Part shown: positions 19,107 to 28,097 of the stretch, one piece after another
Layout of the letters: the number at the start of each line of letters is the position of its first letter
How positions within the stretch are numbered: the first letter of the stretch is position 1
From: an uncultured Chloroflexia bacterium
Lineage (GTDB): Bacteria > Chloroflexota > Limnocylindria > Limnocylindrales > CSP1-4
Direction of reading: 5' to 3'
Length of the DNA stretch: 64,000 bases
Assembly (NCBI GenBank): GCA_963829295.1
Contig: CAWHHU010000003.1
Location: forward strand, 456,463 to 520,462
The notes under the pieces: model-generated
What the model saw: the letters and a program-made list of their open reading frames with translations, nothing else
Databases searched by the model: none
What the model was told of the DNA's origin: nothing
Position numbers and translations under genes: made by a program

Positions 19107-20401
19107 TCGCCGAGGCCCTGAACCCGAGGCTCACCGGCCGCGAGCGTGGCCTCCTGGTCCGCCGGACCGTCGGCGAGCACGCCTGCCCCGGAGGCGACGT
19201 CCGATCGGCCAGCCGCAACACCCTCGACCGCTGGATCCGCCGGTACCGCGCCGAGGGCCTCGCCGGCCTGCGCGACCGGCCCCGCTCGGATCGGGGATCG
19301 GCGCGCCTCGACCCGGCGCTCCTCGACGAGGCGGTCCGCCTGCGCCTCGAGCAGCCCGCCCGGAGCGCCGCCCACATCAGCGAGATCATCAGGGCTCGCC
19401 ACGGCGTGCGGATCGCCGAGCGCACGCTCGCCGAGCAGTTCCGCCGCCGCGGCCTCGCCCGGGCCGAGCTGCTCCGGGACGGCCGGGCGTTCGGGCGGTA
19501 CGAGGCCGACGCGCCGAACGAGCGCTGGATCGGCGACGTGCTCGTCGGCCCGTTCGTGCCCCAGCCCCGGGCGCCGGGCTCGGTGCGCGCGCGCCTGTTC
19601 GTGCTGGTCGACGACCACTCCCGGCTCCTGGTCGCCGGCCGCTGGGCCGGCAACGAGACCCTGCGCGCGGGCCAGGAGCTGCTCCACGCGGCGATCCTGC
19701 GCCACGGCGCGCCCGAGTCGCTGTACGTGGACAACGGATCGGCGTACAGCGGCGCCGAGCTCGCGAGGAGCTGTGCGATCCTGGGCATCCGGCTCATCCA
19801 CAGCCGGCCGTACTCGCCCGAGGGCCGGGGCAAGCAGGAGCGCCTCAACCGGGTCATCCGGGAGCGCTTCCTCTTGGAGGCCACCCAGGTCGGGATCGCC
19901 AGCCTCGACGAGCTCAACGACCGCTTCGTGGCCTGGGTCGAGCGGTACCTCAACGTGCGGGTCCACTCCGAGACCGGCGAGTCGCCGCTCGCCCGGCACA
20001 GCCCGGCGAGGCGGCGCGACCCCCACCCCGACGTCCTCCGCTCGGCCTTCCTCTGGTCGGCCGCCCGGAGGGTGAGCCGGACCGCGGGCGTCAGCTTCGA
20101 GGGCAACGAGTACGAGGTCGACCCGAGCCTTGTCGGTCGGACGGTCGAGCTCCGGTTCCGCCCGGAGGACCTGTTCGCGATCGAGGTCTGGCACGCCGGC
20201 CGCCAGGTCGGCTGGGCGGAGCCGCGGCGGATCGCCCGCCACGTCCATCGATCTGCGCCGCCCCCTCCCGAGCCCGCGCCGGCGCCCCCGACCGGGATCG
20301 ACTACCTCGGCCAGGTGCTCGCCGACCACGAGGCCGAGACCGCCGGGCCGATCGCGTACCGCGCCGTTCCCGGTGCACCTGCAGAGGGAGAGCCGTTCTG
20401 A
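19055..20401 (+). CDS. DDE transposase/integrase (rve) with Mu-transposase-like C-terminus
   Basis: WIGD, YVDNGSAY, GKQER triad; N-terminal HTH; FEGNEYEV C-terminal motif; GGAGG RBS. Confidence 0.92.
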   Translation: MAARDPAEALALWRYHLIAEALNPRLTGRERGLLVRRTVGEHACPGGDVRSASRNTLDRWIRRYRAEGLAGLRDRPRSDRGSARLDPALLDEAVRLRLEQPARSAAHISEIIRARHGVRIAERTLAEQFRRRGLARAELLRDGRAFGRYEADAPNERWIGDVLVGPFVPQPRAPGSVRARLFVLVDDHSRLLVAGRWAGNETLRAGQELLHAAILRHGAPESLYVDNGSAYSGAELARSCAILGIRLIHSRPYSPEGRGKQERLNRVIRERFLLEATQVGIASLDELNDRFVAWVERYLNVRVHSETGESPLARHSPARRRDPHPDVLRSAFLWSAARRVSRTAGVSFEGNEYEVDPSLVGRTVELRFRPEDLFAIEVWHAGRQVGWAEPRRIARHVHRSAPPPPEPAPAPPTGIDYLGQVLADHEAETAGPIAYRAVPGAPAEGEPF

Positions 20402-21219
20402 TGAGCGAGCGCGCACCCTGGCAGGCCCACTTCGGCTTCACGCGATCACCCTTCGGCAAGAGCCTCGCGCCGTCGGAGCTGTTCACGAGGGTTCCCCACG
20501 AGGAGGCCGTCGCCCGGATCCGCCACTGCATCGCGGAGTCGGCGCTGGGCGTGATCACGGGCGAGGTCGGGACCGGCAAGACGGTCGCGGCCCGGGCCGC
20601 CCGGGCGTCGCTCGACCCGTCGCGCCACGCCCTCATCTACATCGCCAACCCCGCGTTCGGGACGCGCGGGCTCTATGTCACCGTGGTCCGGGCGCTGGGC
20701 GGGACGCCGCGCTTCCACAAGGCGGAGGTGATGGCCCAGACCGCCGAGCTGCTCGAGGCGGAAGAGGCCGAGCGCCACCGGCGGGTCGTGATCGTCGTCG
20801 ACGAGGCCCACCTGCTCACCCCGGAACAGCTCGAGGAGCTCCGGTTGCTCACCAACTCCGACATGGACAGCCGGAGCCCCTTCGCGGGGATCCTGCTCGG
20901 GCAGCCCTCCCTCGCCCGACAGCTCAGGCTCGGGGTGTTCGCCGCGCTCGACCAGCGGATCGCGGTCCGCTACCACATCGGCCCCATGGACCTCGGCGAC
21001 TCGACCGCCTACCTGCGCCACCACCTGGCCCTCGCCGGGCGGTCGGACCAGCTCTTCGCCGATGACGCCATCGTGCGCCTGCACCGCCAGTCCAACGGGA
21101 TCCCGCGGGCTCTCAACAACGCCGCGGTCGCGGCGCTCATCGCCGCCGCGGCGGATGGCAAGGAGATCGTCGACGACGCCTGCGCCAAGAAGGCGGTCGC
21201 CGAGCTCACCCGCGACTGA
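20401..21219 (+). CDS. ExeA-type AAA ATPase (transposition helper)
   Basis: HFGFTRSPF, Walker A GEVGTGKT, Walker B VVDEAH, ILLGQP, ALDQRI; TGATG coupling to the transposase. Confidence 0.92.
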   Translation: MSERAPWQAHFGFTRSPFGKSLAPSELFTRVPHEEAVARIRHCIAESALGVITGEVGTGKTVAARAARASLDPSRHALIYIANPAFGTRGLYVTVVRALGGTPRFHKAEVMAQTAELLEAEEAERHRRVVIVVDEAHLLTPEQLEELRLLTNSDMDSRSPFAGILLGQPSLARQLRLGVFAALDQRIAVRYHIGPMDLGDSTAYLRHHLALAGRSDQLFADDAIVRLHRQSNGIPRALNNAAVAALIAAAADGKEIVDDACAKKAVAELTRD

Positions 21220-21311
21220 TCAGCACGTGGCGGCGGCGTCTCCACCGAGCGCTGCCGTCACGCCTCCACCCAGTCCTGCCGGATGCTCACCAATCAGTGC
21301 GGCCGCCAACA

Positions 21312-22499
21312 CTCGGCCGCGCGATCGAACGCGTCGCGCGCCGCGAGGTCACCCTGTCGCAGCCGGATGTCTCCGAGCGCCGTGAGCGCCAGTGCGGTGT
21401 GGCCGAAGTCGTAGGCGCGCGACTCGACCGCAGCAGCTTCCGCCTCCTCGGCGCCGCGTTGCCAGTCGCCGCGGACGACGAGCACGGCAGCGCGGTGCGT
21501 CCGGCAGTCTCCCGGGAACCCCACGGTGCCAAGCGCCGGCGCACGCCGTTCGATCTCCTCGGTCCACTCGATGGCCCGCCGGTAGTCGAAGGTATCAAGG
21601 CACGCGCTCAGCGTCCGGCAATAGACCATGCCCTGCGCGAGGGTTCCCAGGTGGCCCGCCGTCGCGCTCGCCATCGCCTCGTCGAGGAGAGCGCGCCCGT
21701 CAGCGAGCCGCCCCTGGTGGACGAGCCCGAAGCCCTGGAACACGAGGCCCAGCGCCTGTATGTCCGGGTCGCCGGTCCGCCGACCGATATCGAACGCCGC
21801 GCGCGCATGCTCCAGGCCCGGTTCGAGCTCGCCCGTGCCGAGCTCATTCAGCGCCATCAGCGACAGCATGAGCCCGTGCTCGGGCCAGACGGCCGACTCG
21901 CCTGTCTCACCCTCTGCCGCCAGCAAGCGCCCCGCCGACGCCATCCAGCCGGCGACCACCGAGAACCGGAGCGTCACCGCGGCATTCCACCCGAGCCCCA
22001 AGGCGACACGTGCCGCCGATCGCCGATCGCCGACCGAGAGATAGGCCGCGTACGCCTGCTCGCGGGCCGCGGTCGATGCCTCGAACCGCCCCGTCCACGT
22101 CGCGGCGTCGCCGAGCAGCTCCAGGTCTGCGACCTCGAGGAGGCCGGCCGCGCCCGCCGCCGCGAGGGCGGCGTACGCCTCCTCCCACGCACGTCGTGCC
22201 GCGGCCCCGCGCCCGACCTCGACCGGACTCGTGCCAGCCGGCGGGCGTGGGCCGACGCCCGGGAGGAAGCCCCGCAGAACAGCCCCCCGCGCCAGCGCGA
22301 TCCGCCGGCTCTCCGTCCCTTCGGCGACCTCGAACTTGTCGTACAGGTTCAGGAGGTGCTGCTTGACGGCCGCCTCCGTCACCACGAGCTCGGCCGCGAT
22401 CTCGCGGATCGACGCGGGCATCGCGACAGGCCGCTCCGCTGCCAGAGGTCTGCACAGCGCTTCCAGCACGTCGTGCTCGCGGCGCGTGAGCGCCGGCAT
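21312..22499 (-). pseudogene. 5' part of regulator with N-terminal LuxR-like HTH followed by TPR-like repeats, interrupted by a transposon
   Basis: LTRREHDVL...SIREIAAELVVTEAAVKQHL HTH; ends at DRAAE, then reads into the TIR; reconstructed protein about 567 aa. Confidence 0.88.
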
Positions 22500-22555
22500 C
22501 GACCTCGCCCGCAACTCGGGAGCATCCACCTCGTGCGCGCGTCCTCCTCGACCGA

Positions 22556-22575
22556 ACCTTACCCCACGGCAAGGT
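22556..22575. promoter_or_regulatory. 20-bp dyad ACCTT-N10-AAGGT, candidate operator between divergent genes
   Basis: ACCTTACCCCACGGCAAGGT; same 5-10-5 geometry as lux boxes. Confidence 0.4.
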
Positions 22576-22672
22576 GAACTCTCACCTCCCGGGTCATTCC
22601 GGCGGTGGGGTCCGGGCCCATACGGTGGCACCGATCCCGCGGCACCCGCCGCGGCACCACGAGGAGAGCGAC

Positions 22673-22990
22673 ATGCAGCACGTTCGGATCGCGACCTACA
22701 AGCAGACCGCTGGCACCTTCGACGACCTGTGCCGGACCATCCACGCGCCCGGAGGCCTCGCGGACGTCTTCCGGGCGTCACCCGGGTTCGTCGCCTACAC
22801 CTTCGCCGACCTTGGCGACGGCACCAACTGCTCGATCAGCGTCTGGACCTCCGCCGAGGCGGCCGATGCGGCGATGGCTGCGGCGGGCATCTGGACGGCG
22901 GCCAACATCGCCGACCAGGGGTACCTCGTGGAGGACCGGACCGGCTGGCTGGGCTTCATCGTCGGCGAGCTGGCGGCCGTCCCGGCCTGA
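22673..22990 (+). CDS. Small ABM-like (dimeric alpha+beta barrel) protein
   Basis: SPGFVAY...SISVWTSAEAA pattern; GAGGAG RBS; divergent from the regulator. Confidence 0.7.
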   Translation: MQHVRIATYKQTAGTFDDLCRTIHAPGGLADVFRASPGFVAYTFADLGDGTNCSISVWTSAEAADAAMAAAGIWTAANIADQGYLVEDRTGWLGFIVGELAAVPA

Positions 22991-23133
22991 CGCGCGGCTG
23001 ACCGGCAGCTCATCTTCGCGAGGCGTCCTCGCGTCGCTGATCGCGACGCGAGGACGACGTGCTGCCAATCTCGGGCCACGGTCGCCGCTTGACGGCTTTC
23101 ACGTCCTGCACATGCTCACGGGTTGGCCAGGGC

Positions 23134-23154
23134 CTGGCGCCCCCGGACGGACTC
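23134..23154 (-). repeat. att-like duplicate of the tRNA-Arg 3' end (21 bp)
   Basis: CTGGCGCCCCCGGACGGACTC, identical to 24032-24052. Confidence 0.92.
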
Positions 23155-24052
23155 TGGCCGCGACAGCCGACACCACCCTCTGCAGGACCACCTTCCTGCC
23201 CGGGATCCCGTCCGATGACAGCCGTCACGCCCGCCTCGCGCAGGAGCTGGTTCTTGTTGGACGAAGGACGCGGTGAAGGACATCCTCCGGCGCGGCCGCT
23301 TCTACCTTGGCAAGGTCGTCTACCGTCGCGGCGCGGACGAGCGCGATGGGCGCCACCCCGCGATCCTCGACGAGGCCACGTGGGCGGCCGGCCGCAAGGC
23401 AGCGGACGCCCGCCTCAACAAGGCCGACCAGTCCTCGCGCGCGCACCGCACGTACCTGCTGACGGGCGTCCTCGAGTGTAAGTGCGGTCGCCGCTTCCAC
23501 GGCCAGACGCGTTCTTCGCGTGGCCACGAGTGGATGTACTACCTCTGTCGCGGCTGCGGCCGCTCGGCCATCGCGACCAAGGACGCCGACGGCGCAGTGC
23601 TCGCCGAGATCCGGCGGATCATCCTGCCGGCGGCGATCATCGAGACCAGCCGCGACGAGCTGCGTCGGCGACTTGCGCTTCCATCGCGCGGTACGTCCGA
23701 CGAGCTTCGCGTCCGACTGGAGCGGCGCCTCGAGCGCCTGAAGACCCAGTTCGAGTGGGGCGACATCGAACCTGCCGAGTACCGCGCGAAGATGCAAGAG
23801 ACACGTGCCGAGCTCGCGTTGCTGCCCGAGCCCGACAAGGTGATCACTTTCGACGCTGTCGCTGCCATCGTCGAGTCGCTGCGTGCGGCAATCGACACGG
23901 CAAGCCCCGAGCACCTCCGTGAGCTCATCGGGATGCTGGTCGAGCGGATCAAGGTGACCGAGGACGGCTTGTACGAGGTCGAGCCCGCCCCGGCCGCGCG
24001 GCCGTTCTTCTCGGTCGCGAATGATTTGCTTCTGGCGCCCCCGGACGGACTC
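23134..24052 (+). mobile_element. Collapsed integrative-element remnant at the tRNA-Arg 3' end
   Basis: Identical 21-bp direct repeats (23134-23154, 24032-24052) matching the tRNA 3' end flank a truncated serine recombinase. Confidence 0.85.
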
Positions 24053-24097
24053 GAACCGCCGACGCGCACCTTAGGACGGTGCCGCTCTATCCACTGA
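23258..24097 (+). pseudogene. C-terminal fragment of a large serine recombinase (recombinase tail, Zn ribbon, coiled coil); catalytic domain missing
   Basis: WTKDAVKDIL..RFYLGKV, YLLTGVLECKCG...YYLCRGC; in-frame stop at 23216 and no resolvase domain upstream; 3' end reads into the antisense tRNA. Confidence 0.82.
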
Positions 24098-24108
24098 GCT
24101 ACGGGGGC
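24033..24108 (-). tRNA. tRNA-Arg(CCT)
   Basis: 76-nt cloverleaf, acceptor stem GCCCCCG/CGGGGGC, anticodon loop GTCCTAA, GGTTCGAGT T-loop, encoded CCA. Confidence 0.95.
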
Positions 24109-24186
24109 GCAGCACAGGCATCGTACCGGACGCCGCACCGCGCGCGACGCGTGGTGAATCCGCCCGGATCGCGCGAACGGCCGGCG

Positions 24187-25458
24187 TCAGCGCGGCTCGG
24201 CGCCCTGCGTTCGAAGCTCGCGGAGGTGGATCTCGGCGTCCGTGCGCCGTTTGTCATCGCTCGAGGCCAGGTAGGCCTGGTACAGATCGATCGCCTCGTC
24301 GCGCCGGCCACCGAGACGGCGCAGCGCCTGGGCGCGTGAGAACAGGATCCCGGGTCGGTCGGTGAGCTGGCCGGCCCGCGTGAACTCGTCGTAGGCATGG
24401 GCGAAGTCGCCCGCTTCGTAGAGGACCGCGCCCTTCTCGAACTCGGCCTTTGCGGCGGGCGTGTCGATGTCCTCGATCCCGGTCCGGGCCGGTCCCTTCA
24501 AGTCAGCGATGTCCCGGGTGGCATCCCCGGCACGCTTCGGATCGCCGGTGGCGAGGTACTGCTGGTAGAGGCTGATCGCCTCGGGATCCCGGCCGCCCAG
24601 GCGGCGCAGGGCCTGGGCGCGCGAGAACAGCAGGCCGGCGCGGTGGCTCAGCTCCCAGGACTTGCTGAACTCGTCGTAGGCATGGGCGAAGTCGCCCGCT
24701 TCGTAGAGGGCCGCGCCCTTCTCGAACTCGGCCCTGGCGGCGGCCGTGTCAACGCTCTCGATCCCCGTTGACGCCGGCCCTCGCAGCTCCGCGATGAACC
24801 CCTCGGCTTCGGCCCGGCGCGGCGGATCGCCGGTTGCCAGATACGCCTCGTAGCAGGCGATGGCCTCCTCCCGCCGCCCACCCAGCTCGCGCAGCGCCTG
24901 ACCCTCGGAGAACAGGATCCCTGGCCGCGGCGCGAGCTCATGGGCGCGGACGAAGAAGTCGTAGGCGTGCGCGTAGTCGCCACGATCGTAGGCGGCCGCT
25001 CCCCGATCGAACACCTTCCTTGCGAGCGCGGTCTGGTCGGTGGCACCGGGTCCGGCGTCGATCACCGCCCACGTCCTGAGTCCCACGACGGCGTCGACGG
25101 CCAGTGGCGGGTTGGCAGACTGGACCTCCCGGACGGCCCTTGCGGTGATCGGCCCGAAGATGCCATCGACCTCGAGGGCCGTCGTCACGTCGGTTCGCGC
25201 GTTGAGGCTCGACTGCAGCTCGCGAACGTCGTCGCCGGTGGCGCCCTGGCGAAGCGTCCGATGGCTCGCGTCGGCGTCGTCCCGCTGGGCGGCCGTCAGC
25301 AGCTGCACGACGGCGGCGTTGCCGGCGGCCTCCTGGAGGTCCAGGATCCGCTGGGTGCCGGGCTCGAGAGCGCTCCCCCTCGAGCGAGGCGCGGCGGGCC
25401 GCTGCCGGTTGCCCGACACCGGCGCCCGCAGCCGGCCAGCCACCGCCGAGACGCTCAT
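24187..25458 (-). CDS. Peptidoglycan-binding domain plus three tandem 95-aa TPR modules
   Basis: LRQGATGDDVRELQ..L...VDGIFGPIT (PG_binding_1); three F.KG..LY.AGD.AHAY..F repeats with a 285-bp period. Confidence 0.85.
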   Translation of the reverse strand: MSVSAVAGRLRAPVSGNRQRPAAPRSRGSALEPGTQRILDLQEAAGNAAVVQLLTAAQRDDADASHRTLRQGATGDDVRELQSSLNARTDVTTALEVDGIFGPITARAVREVQSANPPLAVDAVVGLRTWAVIDAGPGATDQTALARKVFDRGAAAYDRGDYAHAYDFFVRAHELAPRPGILFSEGQALRELGGRREEAIACYEAYLATGDPPRRAEAEGFIAELRGPASTGIESVDTAAARAEFEKGAALYEAGDFAHAYDEFSKSWELSHRAGLLFSRAQALRRLGGRDPEAISLYQQYLATGDPKRAGDATRDIADLKGPARTGIEDIDTPAAKAEFEKGAVLYEAGDFAHAYDEFTRAGQLTDRPGILFSRAQALRRLGGRRDEAIDLYQAYLASSDDKRRTDAEIHLRELRTQGAEPR

Positions 25459-25560
25459 TCACGCGGAGCATACATCGGCGCCACCAGCTCATCGCCGCCG
25501 GTGTCCGGGATCCTGGCCCATTGACCGAGGCTCAGCCGACCCTCGCCCATCGACGCAGGC

Positions 25561-25977
25561 TCAGCCGGCGACCGCCTCCTCGCGGTTGCGCATGGCGTCG
25601 GCGGCCATCGTCATGTAGGCGTGCAGCTCGGCCGTCGCCTCCGACGGAGCCGCGGACGCATCGATCGCGCTCCGCATGTGGGTCAGCCACCGATCCCGCT
25701 CCGCCACGCCGATCGCGAACGGGGAGTGACGCGCCCGCAGCCGCGGGTGGCCTCGCTCCGCGAGGTAGGTCGTGGGACCGCCCCAGTACTGCGCGAGGAA
25801 CAGGGTCAGGCGGCGACGCGCGCCGGCGAGATCGTCGAGGTGCGGGTAGAGCGTGAGCAGGACGGTGTCCGACTCGACGCCAGCGTAGAAACGGTCGACC
25901 AGCGTCTCGAAGAACGGCATCCCGCCAACCCGGTCGTAGAGCGTCGCATCGACCACGGCACCATCCTGGTCGGTCAT
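25561..25977 (-). CDS. Group II truncated haemoglobin (trHbO)
   Basis: LYDRVGG..FF..LVDRFY, FLAQYWGGP..Y...GHPRLRARH.PF.I. Confidence 0.92.
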   Translation of the reverse strand: MTDQDGAVVDATLYDRVGGMPFFETLVDRFYAGVESDTVLLTLYPHLDDLAGARRRLTLFLAQYWGGPTTYLAERGHPRLRARHSPFAIGVAERDRWLTHMRSAIDASAAPSEATAELHAYMTMAADAMRNREEAVAG

Positions 25978-26088
25978 GACTCGATTGTACGAAGGAGTCT
26001 CGGGCGGAGTGGCCCGCCGGCGTGGCACGCTCGCCGCCGCTCAGCCCGCCGACGGGCCGATCCCGCGCGTCGCAACTACAATCGGCTT

Positions 26089-26403
26089 GTGATCCCCTCC
26101 CCGCCCGAGCTCGTCCTGTACGGGCGTCCGGGCTGCCACCTGTGCGAGGACGCGCGCGCGGCCCTCGATGTGCTCCTGGCGGACCGGGCGGCACACGGAT
26201 TGCCCGCGCCTGTGGTCCGGGAGGTCAGCATCGACGGCGACGAAGAGCTGCACCGGCGCTACGCGTTCACGATCCCGGTGGTCGCGTTGGGCGATCGCGA
26301 GCTGGAGCTGGCCACGAGCCCGGCCAGGCTCCAACGGCTGCTCACCGAGGTCCTCGACGGGGTGCCTGCCGCCGACCGCTTCTCGGAGCCCGAGCCCGCG
26401 TGA
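26089..26403 (+). CDS. Glutaredoxin-like protein (DUF836 type)
   Basis: LYGRPGCHLCEDA, RYAFTIPVV. Confidence 0.85.
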   Translation: MIPSPPELVLYGRPGCHLCEDARAALDVLLADRAAHGLPAPVVREVSIDGDEELHRRYAFTIPVVALGDRELELATSPARLQRLLTEVLDGVPAADRFSEPEPA

Positions 26404-27233
26404 CCGGCGACTACACGTTCATCGCCGCTATTGCCGCGGGCCTGATCTCGTTCGTGTCGCCATGCGTCCTGCCGCTGGTGCCCGCCTACCTGGGCCAGCT
26501 GACGGCCGTGGCCGTCGCCGCACAGGGCGCCGGAGCCACACCCTCCCGATGGATGGCACTGCGGCACGCGATCGCGTACGTCGCCGGGTTCGGGGCAGTG
26601 TTCACGCTGCTGGGCGTCAGCGCCACCTTCGCGGGTGGCGTGATGGCGGATTACGTTGGCACGCTGCGCTTCCTGGGCGGGGCGTTGCTGGTGATCCTGG
26701 GCCTCAGCCTGGCTGGGATCCTGCGGATCCCGATCCTCGAGCAGAGCTGGCGGCCGCTCGACGCTGGCGCATCGGCCGGCCTCGCCTCGATGACCGGTGG
26801 CATGACGCTCGCGCCGGCCGGTGGAGCTTCCGGTGGCAGCGCCGATGGTGGCGTCGGGGGCCGGATGGGCTCGTGGCTGGTGGGGCATCGGGCTGGTCTG
26901 GGGGCATCGTTTGCGCTGGGGGCCGTGTTCGCCGTCGGCTGGACGCCGTGCATCGGCATCTTCCTGGGCGGGGTGCTGACGATGGCCGCCGTCGCCTCGA
27001 CGCAGCTCCAGGGCGCGCTGCTGCTGGTCGGCTACACGCTCGGCCTGGGCATCCCGTTCCTGCTGGTGGCCGTGTTCTACGACCGAGCCCCGGTGCTGCT
27101 TCGACCACTGGTTCGCCACGGTCGCCTCGTCAACCTGATCGGCGGACTGCTCGTGGTGGCGATCGGCCTGGCGATGATGCTCAACCTGCTCGTGCTGTTG
27201 CCGCAGTACTTCCAGTTCGGTCCAGGGGCTTGA
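26400..27233 (+). CDS. ccdA: Cytochrome c biogenesis / DsbD-like membrane protein CcdA
   Basis: SFVSPCVLPLVPAYL and GWTPCIG conserved Cys motifs; GTGA overlap. Confidence 0.9.
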   Translation: MTGDYTFIAAIAAGLISFVSPCVLPLVPAYLGQLTAVAVAAQGAGATPSRWMALRHAIAYVAGFGAVFTLLGVSATFAGGVMADYVGTLRFLGGALLVILGLSLAGILRIPILEQSWRPLDAGASAGLASMTGGMTLAPAGGASGGSADGGVGGRMGSWLVGHRAGLGASFALGAVFAVGWTPCIGIFLGGVLTMAAVASTQLQGALLLVGYTLGLGIPFLLVAVFYDRAPVLLRPLVRHGRLVNLIGGLLVVAIGLAMMLNLLVLLPQYFQFGPGA

Positions 27234-27241
27234 TCGACGGG

Positions 27242-27928
27242 ATGAGCGAGGACGAGCCGCAGCTGCGACCGGGGCCCCCTGCGGTGCGACGGGTGCACGT
27301 CGGTCCGTTCAGCGGCCGCCAGCTGCTCACGATCGGCCTCGTGGTGGCGGTGGCCGCGATCGGGCTCACGCTCGCGACCCGACCGATCGCGCCCGGGTCC
27401 GGCGGCGCCACCCCGTTCCCGGCCTCGACGGTGTTCGTGGTGGGTCCGCCGGTGGCCGGTCTCCACGTGGGCGATCAGGCGCCCGAGCTGACCGTGACGC
27501 GTGGTGATGGGTCGACCGTGAGCCTCGCCGATCTCGACGGCCGTCCCGTCCGCCTCGCTGACCTGCGTGGCCACCTGGTGTGGCTCAACTTCTGGGCAAC
27601 CTGGTGCCCGCCGTGTCAGTCCGAGACGCCGGTCCTGCGGGACATGGATGCGACGTACCGGCAGCAGGGCCTCTCGATCGTTGCGATCGCGGTGCAGGAG
27701 ACGACGCCCGACGACGTCCGTGCCTACGCCCAGCGGTACGGGCTCGAGTTCCGGATTGCGTTCGACGCCTCGGCGGACTTCTTCGACGAATACAAGGTCT
27801 ATGCGCTGCCGACACAGTTCTTCATCGGCCCCGACGGACGGATCCTGGAGGTGGTCAACGGGCCGATGACGGACGCCTCGGCGCGGGCCCGCATCGAGGC
27901 CTGGCTCCCGAAAGGCTCGGCTGGATGA
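27242..27928 (+). CDS. TlpA/ResA-type thiol:disulfide oxidoreductase with membrane anchor
   Basis: LNFWATWCPPCQSETP; ALPTQFFI; TM segment near the N-terminus. Confidence 0.9.
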   Translation: MSEDEPQLRPGPPAVRRVHVGPFSGRQLLTIGLVVAVAAIGLTLATRPIAPGSGGATPFPASTVFVVGPPVAGLHVGDQAPELTVTRGDGSTVSLADLDGRPVRLADLRGHLVWLNFWATWCPPCQSETPVLRDMDATYRQQGLSIVAIAVQETTPDDVRAYAQRYGLEFRIAFDASADFFDEYKVYALPTQFFIGPDGRILEVVNGPMTDASARARIEAWLPKGSAG

Positions 27929-28097
27929 GGTTCCACCCCTGACGTTCGGCAGCACCACACGAGCCGTTCGGCCGGTGGCGGGCTCGGCCCTGCGTCGCGC
28001 ACGATATCGGCCTCGACGGTCTTCGTCGGCGATCGATCGCGCACCTGACGGTTCCCCGCGACGGGTGCGCAGTCCAACCTGAGGTGGTACCCGACCC

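Larger units (their letters stand above)
18246..21311 (+). mobile_element. 3066-bp three-gene TG...CA transposon (Zn-finger/HTH, DDE transposase, ExeA-type AAA ATPase)
   Basis: 10-bp perfect TIR TGTTGGCGGC (18246-18255 / 21302-21311); 5-bp TSD CTCGG (18241-18245, 21312-21316); removing it restores the host gene frame. Confidence 0.93.

Noticed and set aside
18134-20416. 760-aa minus-strand ORF
   Set aside because: Antisense shadow of the transposon genes
19048-21219. 723-aa ORF suggesting a long ATPase or frameshift fusion
   Set aside because: Only the part from ATG 20401 has ATPase motifs; the upstream part is an off-frame overlap of the transposase, and TGATG coupling explains the junction
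25561-27928. Globin plus Grx-CcdA-TlpA as a novel system
   Set aside because: These are common redox and cytochrome c maturation genes; nothing unusual seen
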